Source: Paracoccaceae bacterium
GTDB lineage: Bacteria > Pseudomonadota > Alphaproteobacteria > Rhodobacterales > Rhodobacteraceae
Length of the DNA: 64,000 nt
NCBI GenBank assembly: GCA_014872875.1
Contig: WKFI01000007.1
Coordinates: 176,495 to 240,494, forward strand
Reading direction: 5' to 3'
The position numbers and the translations under genes are program-made. Positions within the stretch are counted from its first letter, which is position 1, and every line of letters starts with the position of its first letter. The notes under the pieces were generated by a model, which was not told the DNA's origin, searched no databases, and worked only from the letters and a program-made list of their open reading frames with translations. Positions 27,945 through 38,080 of the stretch are shown in pieces.

Positions 27945-28131
27945 GGTTGGTCAAATTGACAATCGCCCCGACTTTCATGGGCTGGAGCATTTTTGCATGC
28001 GCTGCTGGTTTTGACCTTCATGCTATTGTCACGTCTTGGAAGTCTGTCTTGAATTGGCGCCGGATTTCGGCCGGCTTCTCCGATGTCGATCCGATCATGT
28101 CGCATCGGATCTTTCGCCTCTGGAGACTCCG

Positions 28132-28605
28132 ATGACGCCCTATCAACTGAATGACGATTCACCGGAGCTCCCCCAGGTGCTGACCCTGATCCGGTCCAGT
28201 TTCGCCTATATGGATGGCCGGATTGACCCGCCTTCTTCCATGCACCGGTTGACCGTCTCCAAGATTGCCGAGCAATGCCGAATTGGCGAGGTGTGGGCCA
28301 TCGGAACTCCGCCCATCGCCTGCGTTTTCCTGACGCCGCAACCAGATTGCTTGTATGTCGGCAAACTGGCCGTTGCAGAAGCGCATCGGCGGAAAGGGCT
28401 GGCCCAAACTCTGATCGGGATGGCTGATCACAGAGCGCGCGCACTGGATCTGCCTCGTCTCGAGCTGGAAACACGGGTGGAACTGACACACAACCACACC
28501 GCCTTTGCCGGGATGGGCTTCATCAAGATCGGCGAGACGTCACATGACGGATACCAGCGTGCAACGTCGATAACCATGAGTCGCAAGGTGGAACGACGGG
28601 CTTAA
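28132..28605 (+). CDS. GNAT family N-acetyltransferase
   Basis: ATG 28132 with TGGAGA upstream. The acetyl-CoA motif VAEAHRRKGLAQTL (Q/RxxGxG/A type) is present. Confidence 0.75.
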   Translation: MTPYQLNDDSPELPQVLTLIRSSFAYMDGRIDPPSSMHRLTVSKIAEQCRIGEVWAIGTPPIACVFLTPQPDCLYVGKLAVAEAHRRKGLAQTLIGMADHRARALDLPRLELETRVELTHNHTAFAGMGFIKIGETSHDGYQRATSITMSRKVERRA

Positions 28606-28705
28606 CCCCGCGGACGGTTGTCGCCCGCAACATTTCGGGAATATCCGGGTATTCCAACGCGGTGCAGGCTTGGCTAAGGTTGCCCGGCACATCTGGGAGA
28701 GCTGA

Positions 28706-29323
28706 ATGATCCGCACGCCTGATCCGGACGATCTTAATCGCGCCTATGCAGACCGCGACCTGATGCAGCTTGCCTTCGATTATGCGCCGATCGGGCTGGT
28801 GGTGACGGAAAACAGGGTCATTCGGGACAGCAACCTGCGCTTTCGCGACATGTTTCAATACAGTGCAGAAGAGCTTTTGGATCAGCTGTTCGTCTTCCTC
28901 TACCCTTCGGAGGAGGAGTTTCTGAACGTACGCCACCGCGGCGACGAAACCCTGGGTAAAGGGAACCTGTACTGGGACGAGCGGGTCATGCGCCGCAAGG
29001 ACGGGGAGCTGTTCTGGGTGCGCGTGCGCGGCCACAGTTTCACCCCCGATGACCCGCTGGCCCGCGCGGTCTGGAGCTTTGCGGACCTGTCCGCGCTACG
29101 CCCCTACCAGCCACTGACACGGCGAGAGCGCGAAGTGTTTTCTCTGCTGTCCGAAGGCAAGACCAGCAAGGAGATCGCCCGCATCTTGCAGCTGAGCTAT
29201 CGCACGGTCGAGGTCTATCGGGCAAAGCTTCTGAAGAAGTTCGGGGCCAGCAACACCGCCGCGCTATTCAGTTCGCTAGGCGATATCGAAGGCGAACATG
29301 TGGTGTCAAACGCAGCGGGCTGA
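28706..29323 (+). CDS. PAS-domain / LuxR-type HTH transcriptional regulator
   Basis: 205 aa. N-terminal PAS-like region (GLVVTENRVIRDSNLRFRDMFQY...WVRVRGHSF) and C-terminal LTRREREVFSLLSEGKTSKEIARILQLSYRTVEVYRAKLLKKFG. Confidence 0.8.
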   Translation: MIRTPDPDDLNRAYADRDLMQLAFDYAPIGLVVTENRVIRDSNLRFRDMFQYSAEELLDQLFVFLYPSEEEFLNVRHRGDETLGKGNLYWDERVMRRKDGELFWVRVRGHSFTPDDPLARAVWSFADLSALRPYQPLTRREREVFSLLSEGKTSKEIARILQLSYRTVEVYRAKLLKKFGASNTAALFSSLGDIEGEHVVSNAAG

Positions 29324-29325
29324 GA

Positions 29326-30107
29326 TTAGTTCAGAGGTTTGCATTCCAAAGCATCCGCCACGCTTTGACGTCCATCGAAAAGGCCGATGGATCTGCTCTC
29401 GATCTGCCCGTACTTTAAGCGCGTTGCCATGACCTTGCGCCAGCGCGCATCCGCCGTAATCAGTTCCGGCCCCGCCCCGCACTCCCGCAGGCCCGAGGTT
29501 ATGAAATCTTCACCGATCCGGTGATTGGTCAGCCCCGGCTTGTCGGCCACCGGATGCAAGGCGCCATTGCGATAGCGCCAGATCCGCAGGGTCTTAGCCA
29601 GGTGAGGACGATCGATATAGGCAATCTCGACATGACCGTCGCCATCCAGATCAGCAGCGGCAATCGGTGCAAGCCAACGGTTGGAGCGCCCGATATGCGG
29701 GGTCTCAGTGATCTTGCCATCAGCCCCGTACAAGGCCAAAGCCGCTCCGGTCGCCATGTCTGTCTCAATGACCATCACCGCGTCCGGGGTGCCATCCAGA
29801 TCCAGGTCCACGGGTCGCGGGGCAAGGTCTTCAAAGACGTGATCTTGCGGAAGGGCGACTTCTACCACACTGGGCGCAGAATCAGGCCCATCGAACACCA
29901 TCTTCAGCGCGCCCCACTCCACGGCATCGCCCAGTACGGCATGACCGTAACGCGTGGTCGGGTCGCCAAAGACGGCCTCCGTCAGGGTTTGCGCGTGAGC
30001 GTCTGCCACAGAAATCGTCAGCCACACACCCACAGCCCACCGCGCGCAGCGGGCAAAACGGGGCCAGAGGCACAACGGGTCACGCTGCGCCTTGCCCCGC
30101 AGTGTCA

Positions 30108-30108
<1 letters not shown>
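29326..30108 (-). CDS. Secreted FG-GAP/VCBS-like repeat protein
   Basis: 260 aa with a signal-like N-terminus (WAVGVWLTISVADAHA). Calcium-binding-like DLDLDGTPD and ADLDGDGHVE motifs. The ATG overlaps the ferredoxin stop as ATGA. Confidence 0.55.
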
Positions 30109-30467
<359 letters not shown>

Positions 30468-30541
30468 CTATCCAAGCGTTTCGGCCCACGCCACCCCCAT
30501 TTGCGACCGAATGGTGGCGCAGCTGGACTTTTGCCACAAAT

Positions 30542-30556
30542 GTTCTATTTTTGTTC
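30542..30556 (+). promoter_or_regulatory. Alphaproteobacterial-type LexA (SOS) box
   Basis: GTTC (30542-30545), TATTTTT (7 nt), GTTC (30553-30556). This is an exact match to the GTTC-N7-GTTC direct-repeat SOS box described for Rhodobacter and Rhizobium. It sits 25 nt upstream of ATG 30581. Confidence 0.6.
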
Positions 30557-30580
30557 CAAACAACCTTGTCCATCTTCGCC

Positions 30581-30997
30581 ATGTCGCCACAGCTGTTTTT
30601 GTCTCCGGTTCACCAAGGTAGCACCTGGCCGCGCCCACCCTCCTGCCTACGGGCCGATCAGGTAACTCTGCCGCCCGAAGGTGCGCTGGTCACCGTGGCC
30701 GGGCTGGTGATTCTGCGACAGCGTCCGGGCACGGCCAAAGGAGTGATCTTCCTGACCCTGGAAGATGAAACCGGCATTGTGAACGTGATCGTCTGGCGCA
30801 AAATGTATGAACGTTTCCGCCGGGCGGTGATTGCCGGGCGACTGCTGCGGATCACCGGACGATTACAACGGGCGCATTCGGTCACCCACCTGATTGCCGA
30901 ACGGATCGAGGATATCTCGCCGATGCTGGACCTGCTGCTTGAGGAGCAGGGGCACGAGGAACACGCAGCCTTTGCGCAACGCCAGGATCTGGGCTAA
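30581..30997 (+). pseudogene. dnaE2: 3'-terminal remnant of error-prone DNA polymerase DnaE2 (C-terminal OB-fold region only)
   Basis: From about 30647 the ORF reads LVTVAGLVILRQRPGTAKGVIFLTLEDETGIVNVIVWRKMYERFRRAVIAGRLLRITGRLQRAHSVTHLIAERIEDISPML. This is the characteristic DnaE2 C-terminus (full-length protein about 1,000-1,100 aa). No polymerase core, imuA or imuB is present. Confidence 0.7.
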
Positions 30998-31028
30998 GGT
31001 CGCGAAAACGCCTGTCAGAGGCCCGAGC

Positions 31029-31538
31029 ATGTCACCTTTGAAGCCCCTTTGCTGCGCCATCCTGCTGGCCGCGCTTGCTGCCTGTGATACGGGCCTGTCC
31101 GAACCCGAGGTGACTCGCCTGCAACAAGAGGCGCCGCCGGGTGCAGCGCCGGGAACCTGTTGGGGCAAGCACATTACCCCCGCGATTATCGAAACCGTGA
31201 CCCATCAGATCCTGCTGCAACCAGCCGAGATCCTGGCCGATGGCACCATTCTACAGCCGGCTATCTACAAGACCGAAACACGCCAGGATATTGTCCGCGA
31301 ACGCAAGGAAATCTGGTTCCGCATCCCATGTGACGATGTCTCGACCCCTGAATTCGTGTCCTCCGTCCAGCGGGCCCTGAAAGTCCGCGGCCATTACCGG
31401 GGCGCCATCACCGGCGAAATGGATGCCCGCACCCGAGCGGCCGTGCGCAGATACCAAGCGCCTCAGGGACTTGATTCCGGGATTCTGTCCCTCGCGGCTG
31501 CGCGCAAGCTGGGGCTGATCGAGGTTGAGCAGGAGTGA
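31029..31538 (+). CDS. Lipoprotein with a peptidoglycan-binding (PG_binding_1-like) domain
   Basis: ATG 31029 gives MSPLKPLCCAILLAALAAC (lipobox). The C-terminus VQRALKVRGHYRGAITGEMDARTRAAVRRYQAPQGL is PG-binding-like. Confidence 0.65.
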   Translation: MSPLKPLCCAILLAALAACDTGLSEPEVTRLQQEAPPGAAPGTCWGKHITPAIIETVTHQILLQPAEILADGTILQPAIYKTETRQDIVRERKEIWFRIPCDDVSTPEFVSSVQRALKVRGHYRGAITGEMDARTRAAVRRYQAPQGLDSGILSLAAARKLGLIEVEQE

Positions 31539-31619
31539 ACGCTCCAAGCCCTCTTGCCTAAGGCCCGCCACCATGTTGGGATCAAAGGTAGCATACGTTT
31601 AACACCTGAGGCTCTGACC

Positions 31620-32288
31620 ATGGCGTCCGACAGCATTCCTGATTGCGGATTTCTCTCCGGTGCCTCGGAGCGATTGAAAGATCTTCTGGAGGGGCAGGCG
31701 ACCGAGATCAGACTGGGCCAGGGAGACATCCTATTCGAACAGGGCGATGACGGGGACGCGTTGTTTGCCATCACAGAGGGTAGCTTGGAATTCTCCATTC
31801 TATCGGCAGCGGGCCGCAAACTGTCGCTCGACATCATGCGGCCGGGGGCGATCTTTGGTGAAATAGCACTCTTCGATCCGGGTCCGCGAACAGCGACAGC
31901 CACGGCGCTTGAACCTAGCCGTGTCCGGCGCATTCGAAATCCGGATGTGCTGAAGCAGATCGAACAGCACCCGGAACTGGCCGCCGACATGATCCGCCTT
32001 GCGGGGCAACGAATGCGCTGGATGAACATGCAACTCAACGAACAGGTATTTCTGCCGATTTCGGCGCGCCTCGCGCGCAAGCTGTTGCATCTGACGGGCG
32101 AGCCCGGTTCGAACACGCTCAGCATGTCCCAAAGCGAACTGGCGGAATTTGTTGGCGCCACTCGCGAAGCGGTCTCCAAGACAATCAGCGCCTGGAAACG
32201 CACTGGAGTCATCGAAGCCACCCGAGGTGGGCTGATTATTCAAGACCGTGCTGCCCTGACCCGCCTGGCAGATCCGGACCTGATTTGA
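31620..32288 (+). CDS. Crp/Fnr family transcriptional regulator
   Basis: ATG 31620. cNMP-binding-like fold (GDILFEQGDDGDALFAITEGSLEF...FGEIALFD) and a C-terminal HTH (SQSELAEFVGATREAVSKTISAWKRTG). There is no N-terminal Cys cluster, so it is not a classical FNR. Confidence 0.8.
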   Translation: MASDSIPDCGFLSGASERLKDLLEGQATEIRLGQGDILFEQGDDGDALFAITEGSLEFSILSAAGRKLSLDIMRPGAIFGEIALFDPGPRTATATALEPSRVRRIRNPDVLKQIEQHPELAADMIRLAGQRMRWMNMQLNEQVFLPISARLARKLLHLTGEPGSNTLSMSQSELAEFVGATREAVSKTISAWKRTGVIEATRGGLIIQDRAALTRLADPDLI

Positions 32289-32398
32289 TGCCACTTTGAC
32301 CTGTGAAGCAGGTCACAGACCAGCAGCGACCAGGCAGCTAGGTTGGAATTGAACCGGCCAACCATCCCCAGAGTTCGTCCCGGCTGGTTCCTCCCAAA

Positions 32399-32440
32399 AA
32401 GAGAACCATGTGCATGAACGCGCATGGTTCTTTCTTGTTT
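32399..32440 (+). terminator. Intrinsic terminator after the Crp/Fnr-family gene
   Basis: Stem AGAACCATG (32402-32410) / CATGGTTCT (32423-32431) with a 12-nt loop, followed by TTCTTGTTT. Confidence 0.6.
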
Positions 32441-32554
32441 CAATAGTAATATCGCTGGGGCTCTTCCCCACTGCGCCTTTGGTGTCTTCACCCCGTGGGA
32501 TTTTCAAAGAAAAGAAGACGGGACCGGTTTTGCCAGCAAGGCAAGTACGGCACG

Positions 32555-32582
32555 AAAAAAGGCCGGGCAAATCACCCGGCCT
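32555..32582 (-). terminator. Intrinsic terminator of the DegP-like protease gene
   Basis: Stem AGGCCGGG / CCCGGCCT with a 7-nt loop. On the minus strand it is followed by TTTTTT (32555-32560), about 25 nt after the stop. Confidence 0.65.
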
Positions 32583-32605
32583 GTTTCAGGTCGTATCGAG
32601 CGGAT

Positions 32606-34066
32606 TTAGTCTTCCAAGCTCAGCGCCACGAAGCGGGGTTCACCGCCACGACGGACCAAAAGGAGGAGCGACTTGCGACCTGCCTCCTGTGCGTCGGTAA
32701 TGCGGTCGTCCAGATCATCCAGCGAAGCCACTTTCTGCTGACCCGCTTCAGTGATCACGTCGCCCGCCCGCAGACCCTTTTCCCAGGCCTCCGAGGTTTC
32801 ATCGACGGACAGAACCACCAGACCGTCCTGATCACTTGCCACACCAAGCTCACTGCGCATGTCGTCGGTCAGCGCGCCCAATGTCAGACCCAGGATCTCC
32901 TTCTCGGTTTCTTCCGGTGCAGTGCCTGGTTGCGCGACCGGAGTGGCACGTTCCGCATCCTCACGTCGGCCCAGAGTGACCAACAAAGTCTGGGTGCCCC
33001 CATCGCGATAGACCACGACACGGACTTTCTTGCCGACTTCGCTGTTGCCCACCAGCTTGACAAGGCCGCGGGTGTTTTCCACCTCAACGCCGTCAAAGCT
33101 CATGATCACGTCCCCGGGCAGCATGCCGGACTCTTTGGCCGGACCTTCCGGCACATCATTGACCAGCGCGCCGGTTGCATTGGCCAGCCCCATGGATTCA
33201 GCCAGTTCCTCGGTCACGTCCTGAATGCGAACACCCAGCCAGCCGCGACGGGTTTCACCGAATTCCTTCAACTGGTCCACAACGCGGGTCACCACGTTCG
33301 AAGCCATCGAGAAACCGATGCCGATCGAGCCGCCATTGGGCGACAGGATGGCAGTGTTTACGCCGACCACTTCACCATCCATGTTGAACAGCGGACCGCC
33401 CGAGTTGCCGCGATTGATGGCTGCGTCGGTCTGGATATAGTCGTCATAGCTGCCGGAAAGGGCCCGATTGCGCGCGGACACGATGCCGGCGGACACTGAA
33501 AAGCCCTGCCCCAGCGGGTTGCCCATGGCGATAACCCAATCGCCGACGCGCGCCGTATCGCTGTCGCCAAAGCGGACAAAACTCAGCGGCATGTCCGCCT
33601 CGACCTTGAGCAGGGCGATATCGGTCTTGGGATCGGTGCCCACAACTTTGGCCGGCAGCCGTTCTTCAGGCAGGCCATCTCCTGGGAAGAATTCGATGAG
33701 GATTTCATCGGCGCCTTCGATCACGTGGTTGTTGGTGACGATATAGCCGTCTTCTGAAATCACGAAGCCCGAGCCCAGAGCGGACGAGCGGCGCGGACGA
33801 TTTTCATCGCCATTGCGATCCTGGAATTCGCGGAAGAAATCCTCGAAGGGGGAGCCTTCGGGCACAATGCCTTGCGGGCCGGTTCGTCCTTCGACGACGG
33901 TAGATGTGGTGATATTGACCACTGCCGGGCTGATTTGTTCGGCCAGCGGGGCCAGACTTTCGGGACGCGCCTGGGCGGTCACGGTCTGGGCCAAAACCAT
34001 CAGCATGGCAACAGCGCCGAGCCAGAACAGTCGCCATCCCTGCATAAGCCTGTTCGGTCCGGTCAT
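32606..34066 (-). CDS. Do/DegP/DegQ-family periplasmic serine endopeptidase
   Basis: Signal peptide, catalytic HV...D...GNSGGPL triad context, and two PDZ-like regions. Start at ATG 34066 or 34045. Confidence 0.9.
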   Translation of the reverse strand: MTGPNRLMQGWRLFWLGAVAMLMVLAQTVTAQARPESLAPLAEQISPAVVNITTSTVVEGRTGPQGIVPEGSPFEDFFREFQDRNGDENRPRRSSALGSGFVISEDGYIVTNNHVIEGADEILIEFFPGDGLPEERLPAKVVGTDPKTDIALLKVEADMPLSFVRFGDSDTARVGDWVIAMGNPLGQGFSVSAGIVSARNRALSGSYDDYIQTDAAINRGNSGGPLFNMDGEVVGVNTAILSPNGGSIGIGFSMASNVVTRVVDQLKEFGETRRGWLGVRIQDVTEELAESMGLANATGALVNDVPEGPAKESGMLPGDVIMSFDGVEVENTRGLVKLVGNSEVGKKVRVVVYRDGGTQTLLVTLGRREDAERATPVAQPGTAPEETEKEILGLTLGALTDDMRSELGVASDQDGLVVLSVDETSEAWEKGLRAGDVITEAGQQKVASLDDLDDRITDAQEAGRKSLLLLVRRGGEPRFVALSLED

Positions 34067-34382
34067 GATTACGTTTGCCTGTGGCTGCACGAGTAACACT
34101 CCTTGTCAAAGCCTCTAACGGGAGCGCGCGAAACACGCTCCCCACGAAGGCCCAACGGCCTTCGGATTTCATCGGATGCGTTCAATGTAGTGACTTTACC
34201 TTGTGCCGCAACGCATGTTGCAGAGTTTCAAAGCGAAGTGAAACGTCTGTGAACGGACCGTACGTAAACTTGGAAACCAATTCCACCAAACCTGGAAAAA
34301 CAGAAAAATATCTTCTCATTGCGCCCAAGGTGCGAAAACCCTACCCGTTCACCTCTCTTCACACGCAACCGGTCGGCAGGGA

Positions 34383-34577
34383 TCAAACGCCAAATTGATG
34401 AGCGACCCACAACAGGATGAGACCGGACACGACCGCCAGCAAACCAACCTGGCGCCGGGCTGGTTCCGGGATCTGGCGTAGCGCTTCCAGCATACGCTCG
34501 ACAAGCGAAGGGGCCAGTACATAGACCAGCCCCTCCACGATCAATACCAGCCCGAGGGCCAGAAGAATGGTGCCCAT
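34383..34577 (-). CDS. Small membrane protein (DUF2065-like)
   Basis: About 64 aa with two hydrophobic helices. The ATG overlaps the hflC stop (TGATG). Its position between hflC and degP is conserved in my recollection. Confidence 0.5.
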   Translation of the reverse strand: MGTILLALGLVLIVEGLVYVLAPSLVERMLEALRQIPEPARRQVGLLAVVSGLILLWVAHQFGV

Positions 34578-35455
34578 CACTGGGGTGTCTGCCCGGTTGG
34601 CGACTTCAGATAATTGAAGAACTCGGAATTCGGGCTCAGCACCATCGAACTGTTCGTCCCGCCAAGCGCCCGTTCATAGGCCGAAAGCGAACGGTAGAAC
34701 TCGAAGAACTCCGGATCCTTGCCAAAAGCTTCGGCAAAGATGGCGTTGCGTTCGGCATCCGCCTCACCGCGAATGATCTCGGCTTCGCGATTGGCATCCG
34801 AAACCAGTTCCACCACCGTCCTGTCCGCCTGAGCACGTACTCGCTGAGCGGCTTCGTTACCGCGGGCGCGTTCGTCAGTGGCTTCGCGTTCCCGTTCGGC
34901 CTTCATCCGGTCAAACGTGGCCTTCAAGTTTGCCTGTGGCAGGTCGGTTGCTTTCAGACGCACATCGATCACGTTAACGCCCAGCGCTTGCGCTTCGGCA
35001 ATCGCGCTGTTGCGGATCCGCAGCATCAATGCAGCCCTGTCTGAACTCAGGATATCGCGGGACGACACCGAACCCAGGACTTCGCGGGTTTCGGCACGCA
35101 GGATACGATCCAGACGATCTTCGGCAACCGGGATACCGCCAACGCCAACGGCCTGACGGAACTGTTCCAGATCGGCGATCCGATAACGGGCAAACGCATC
35201 CACCACCAGACGTCGATCATCCAGAGGCGTCACCTCAAGCGGTTGAACGTCTATGGACAGGATACGGTCATCATAGCGAACGACTTCCTGAATCAACGGT
35301 ATCTTGAACGCCAGCCCCGGGTCTTCCTTGACCGAAACAACGCGGCCGAATTGCAGAACCAGCGCACGTTCGCGTTCATCCACGATGAAGATCGAAGACA
35401 GAAGGCCGACAATGGCGATCACGATGACGGGCAGGAACAAAGTTGATTTGCGCAT
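34577..35455 (-). CDS. hflC: FtsH protease modulator HflC
   Basis: 292 aa, N-terminal TM plus SPFH domain. ATGA overlap with the hflK stop. Confidence 0.9.
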   Translation of the reverse strand: MRKSTLFLPVIVIAIVGLLSSIFIVDERERALVLQFGRVVSVKEDPGLAFKIPLIQEVVRYDDRILSIDVQPLEVTPLDDRRLVVDAFARYRIADLEQFRQAVGVGGIPVAEDRLDRILRAETREVLGSVSSRDILSSDRAALMLRIRNSAIAEAQALGVNVIDVRLKATDLPQANLKATFDRMKAEREREATDERARGNEAAQRVRAQADRTVVELVSDANREAEIIRGEADAERNAIFAEAFGKDPEFFEFYRSLSAYERALGGTNSSMVLSPNSEFFNYLKSPTGQTPQ

Positions 35456-36609
35456 CAGTTATTCTCCCCGCGACGCAGTTCGTTCAGCGGCAGATACGGC
35501 ACGACGCCCTGTCCGGAGCCGGTTGAGCTTTCGTCGAGAATGATCTTGTCCACATCCCCCAGAACCTGCTCCATCCGTTCCAGATACAGACGTTTGCGGG
35601 TCACATCCGGTGCCTTCAGATACTCTTCAAGAACCGCGCTGAAGCGGCTGGCCTCACCCTGGGCGCTGTTGACCTGCTGGGCACGATAGCCTTCGGCCTC
35701 TTCCAGAACCTGCGCCGCCTCACCGCGCGCTTGTGCAAGCACCTGGTTGGCATAGGCGTCAGCAACGTTCTGCAGACGGTCCCGTTCCTGCGCAGCGGCC
35801 TGAACGTCGCGGAATGCGGCGATCACGTCCTGCGGCGGGTCAGCCTTGTCGAAGTTCACACGCACGATGTTCACGCCCGAATCATAGCTGTCCATCGTGG
35901 ACTGGATCAGCTCCTGCAACCGATCGGCGATGATGCCACGGTCCCGGTTCAGGATCGGAGCCAGTTCGCTTTGCGCAATGATCTCGCGCATCGCCGATTC
36001 CGACACCGCACGAATGGTTTCGCGCGGGTCACGCAGGTTGAACAGGAACTTGGCTGGATCATTGATGTTCCAGACGACCTGGTAGTCGATATCGACCACA
36101 TTTTCGTCACCCGTCAGCATGAGACCGTCGTCGGTGCCGCGCGCGCCGCCCATGTCTTCGGTCTGTTCACGCGTGACCGGGATGACTTCTGCCGTCACCA
36201 GTGGCCAGGGGGCAAAGTTCAGACCGGGATTCCCGACGGCTGAAAACTCGCCCAGGAACAGTTCGACCGACTGTTCTTCCGGCTTGACTGTATAAAAGCT
36301 GGCCATGCCCCAAAGGACAGCTGCAGCAACGGCGCCCAGCGCGAGTGTGCCGCCGGTGATGGCTGGTCCACCACCGCGACGACCACCGCCGCCACCAGTT
36401 CCGCCGCCATTTGAACCACCGCGTCCGCCCATGAGGACGCGCAGCTGTTCCTGGCCCTTCTTCATCAGCTCGTCGATCTCGGGGATCTGCGGGCCATCAT
36501 CTTCGGGACGACGTCCACCGCCGCCACCGTTGTTGTTGCCCCGGTTTCCTCCGCCGCCGCCCGAGGAGCCGCCACCGCCCCCCCAGGGGCCACCGCTGTT
36601 GCCCGCCAT
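35455..36609 (-). CDS. hflK: FtsH protease modulator HflK
   Basis: 384 aa. Gly-rich N-terminus (GGPWGGGGGSSGGGGGNRG), a TM segment and an SPFH domain. Confidence 0.9.
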   Translation of the reverse strand: MAGNSGGPWGGGGGSSGGGGGNRGNNNGGGGGRRPEDDGPQIPEIDELMKKGQEQLRVLMGGRGGSNGGGTGGGGGRRGGGPAITGGTLALGAVAAAVLWGMASFYTVKPEEQSVELFLGEFSAVGNPGLNFAPWPLVTAEVIPVTREQTEDMGGARGTDDGLMLTGDENVVDIDYQVVWNINDPAKFLFNLRDPRETIRAVSESAMREIIAQSELAPILNRDRGIIADRLQELIQSTMDSYDSGVNIVRVNFDKADPPQDVIAAFRDVQAAAQERDRLQNVADAYANQVLAQARGEAAQVLEEAEGYRAQQVNSAQGEASRFSAVLEEYLKAPDVTRKRLYLERMEQVLGDVDKIILDESSTGSGQGVVPYLPLNELRRGENN

Positions 36610-36683
36610 GTCTCTCCTTCAACCTTTCGTAATGCCACGTTGCTCGTGGCCCTCTCACATAACTGTGCAGGCCTGCCTGAAAA

Positions 36684-38042
36684 TCAAGCAGTCCGCACGG
36701 GTGTTTTGAGCGTTACCAATTCTTCGGACATCGTGGGGTGAACTGCAACCGTCCGATCAAAATCTTCCTTAGTTGCGCCCATTTTCACCGCAATACCGGC
36801 CAGTTGGATCATTTCGCCAGCGCCAGGCGCGACGATATGACAGCCCAGCACCTTGCGCGTCTTCTGGCTGACGATCAGTTTCATCAGCACGCGCGCTGCG
36901 CGCCCGGCAAAGCTCTGCTGCATCGGCTTGAAGCTGGTCGCATAAACCTCGATGGGTTCCTGCTCGGCCGCCTCTTCCTCACTCAGCCCCACAGTTCCGA
37001 ATTCCGGCTGTGTGAAGATCGCGGTCGGGATCAGTTCGTGATCCACCTTGGTTGGGTTGCCCTTGAACACCGTTTCGACAAAGGCCATGCCTTCGCGAAT
37101 GGCAACCGGGGTCAGGTTCACTCGGTCGGTCACATCGCCGATCGCGTAGACAGACGGCACACCGGTCTGGCTGTATTCATCGACAATGATCTGACCCTTG
37201 CGGCCCCGTTCAATACCGATGTTTTCCAGCCCCAGATCGTCGGCATTGGCGACCCGGCCCGTGGCGTACATGACCACGTCAAACAGACGCTCTTCGCCGT
37301 TGGTGGCCTTGACCCAGATCTTGTCGCCCTCCTTGCGCATCTCAAGGACATTAGTGCCCAGACGCACATCGATGCCGTTCTGGCACATCTCTTCGCTGAC
37401 CAGCCCCCGCGCTTCGTCATCAAAGCCGCGCAGGATCTGGGCGCCGCGGTAAAACTGGGTCGTTTTGACGCCCAAGCCATTCATAATGCCAGCAAATTCC
37501 GACGCAATGTAACCGCCACCCACGATCAGGATACTCTCGGGCAACTTTTCGAGATGGAAGATCTCGTTTGAAGTAATCGCCAGGTCCGACCCGGGAAAGT
37601 TCGGAACAGTCGGACGACCACCTGTCGCGATAAGGATGTGTTTCGCTGTCTTGCGGGTGCCATCGTTCAGCTCAACCGTGTGGGCATCCACAAGCTTGGC
37701 CCGTTGATCAAAGCTTTCGACGCCCGAGTTTTTCAGCAGGTTGCGATAGATACCTTCCAGACGGTCCAGTTCGGCGTGCAGCTTGCCCTTGAAGGCGTCC
37801 CAGCTGAAATCGCCGGCCTGAATGTCCCAGCCATAGGCTTGGGCGTCTTCGACCATGCCAGAATATTCGCTGGCAAAAACCATCAGCTTTTTAGGCACAC
37901 AGCCGCGGATCACGCAGGTGCCACCGTAACGGTCTTCTTCGGCGAGGGCGACTTTGGCGCCGGTTTCACCCGCCGCAACCCGTGCCGCGCGCACGCCACC
38001 GGATCCGCCACCAATGACAAAAAGATCGTAATCAAAGCTCAT
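36684..38042 (-). CDS. gor: Glutathione-disulfide reductase
   Basis: ATG 38042 (MSFDYDLFVIGGGSGGVRAAR). Redox-active GGTCVIRGCVPKK and a C-terminal HPTMSEE dimerisation motif. Confidence 0.9.
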   Translation of the reverse strand: MSFDYDLFVIGGGSGGVRAARVAAGETGAKVALAEEDRYGGTCVIRGCVPKKLMVFASEYSGMVEDAQAYGWDIQAGDFSWDAFKGKLHAELDRLEGIYRNLLKNSGVESFDQRAKLVDAHTVELNDGTRKTAKHILIATGGRPTVPNFPGSDLAITSNEIFHLEKLPESILIVGGGYIASEFAGIMNGLGVKTTQFYRGAQILRGFDDEARGLVSEEMCQNGIDVRLGTNVLEMRKEGDKIWVKATNGEERLFDVVMYATGRVANADDLGLENIGIERGRKGQIIVDEYSQTGVPSVYAIGDVTDRVNLTPVAIREGMAFVETVFKGNPTKVDHELIPTAIFTQPEFGTVGLSEEEAAEQEPIEVYATSFKPMQQSFAGRAARVLMKLIVSQKTRKVLGCHIVAPGAGEMIQLAGIAVKMGATKEDFDRTVAVHPTMSEELVTLKTPVRTA

Positions 38043-38080
38043 TTTTTCCGCCTTATCCTTCATCCCGCATGGGGTGTATC

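Noticed and set aside
26440-27990. Very long ORFs antisense to, or out of frame with, recognised genes. Examples: 26440..27990 vs purD, 59978..61492 vs the GS-like gene, 16321..17466 vs metZ, 20324..21358 vs DMT, 21518..22573 vs ftsY, 7308..8363 vs the LpxR-like gene, 23670..24584 vs alkB, 32495..33499 vs the protease, 46195..47301 vs purA, 50797..51672 vs pyrG, 52898..53833 and 53275..54102 vs TerB/PhnD-like, 56963..58015 vs the permease.
   Set aside because: These are typical shadow ORFs of GC-rich DNA. Their translations are R/G/P/A/H-rich with no motifs, while the opposite or alternate frame carries clear full-length homologues with RBSs.
34100-34382. A sigmaE/ECF-type promoter (GGAAC-N16-17-CGTT-like) upstream of the DegP-like protease gene in the 316-bp lower-GC spacer.
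   Set aside because: GGAAT and CGTT-like elements are present, but their spacing (about 24 nt) does not fit. I could not support a call by eye.
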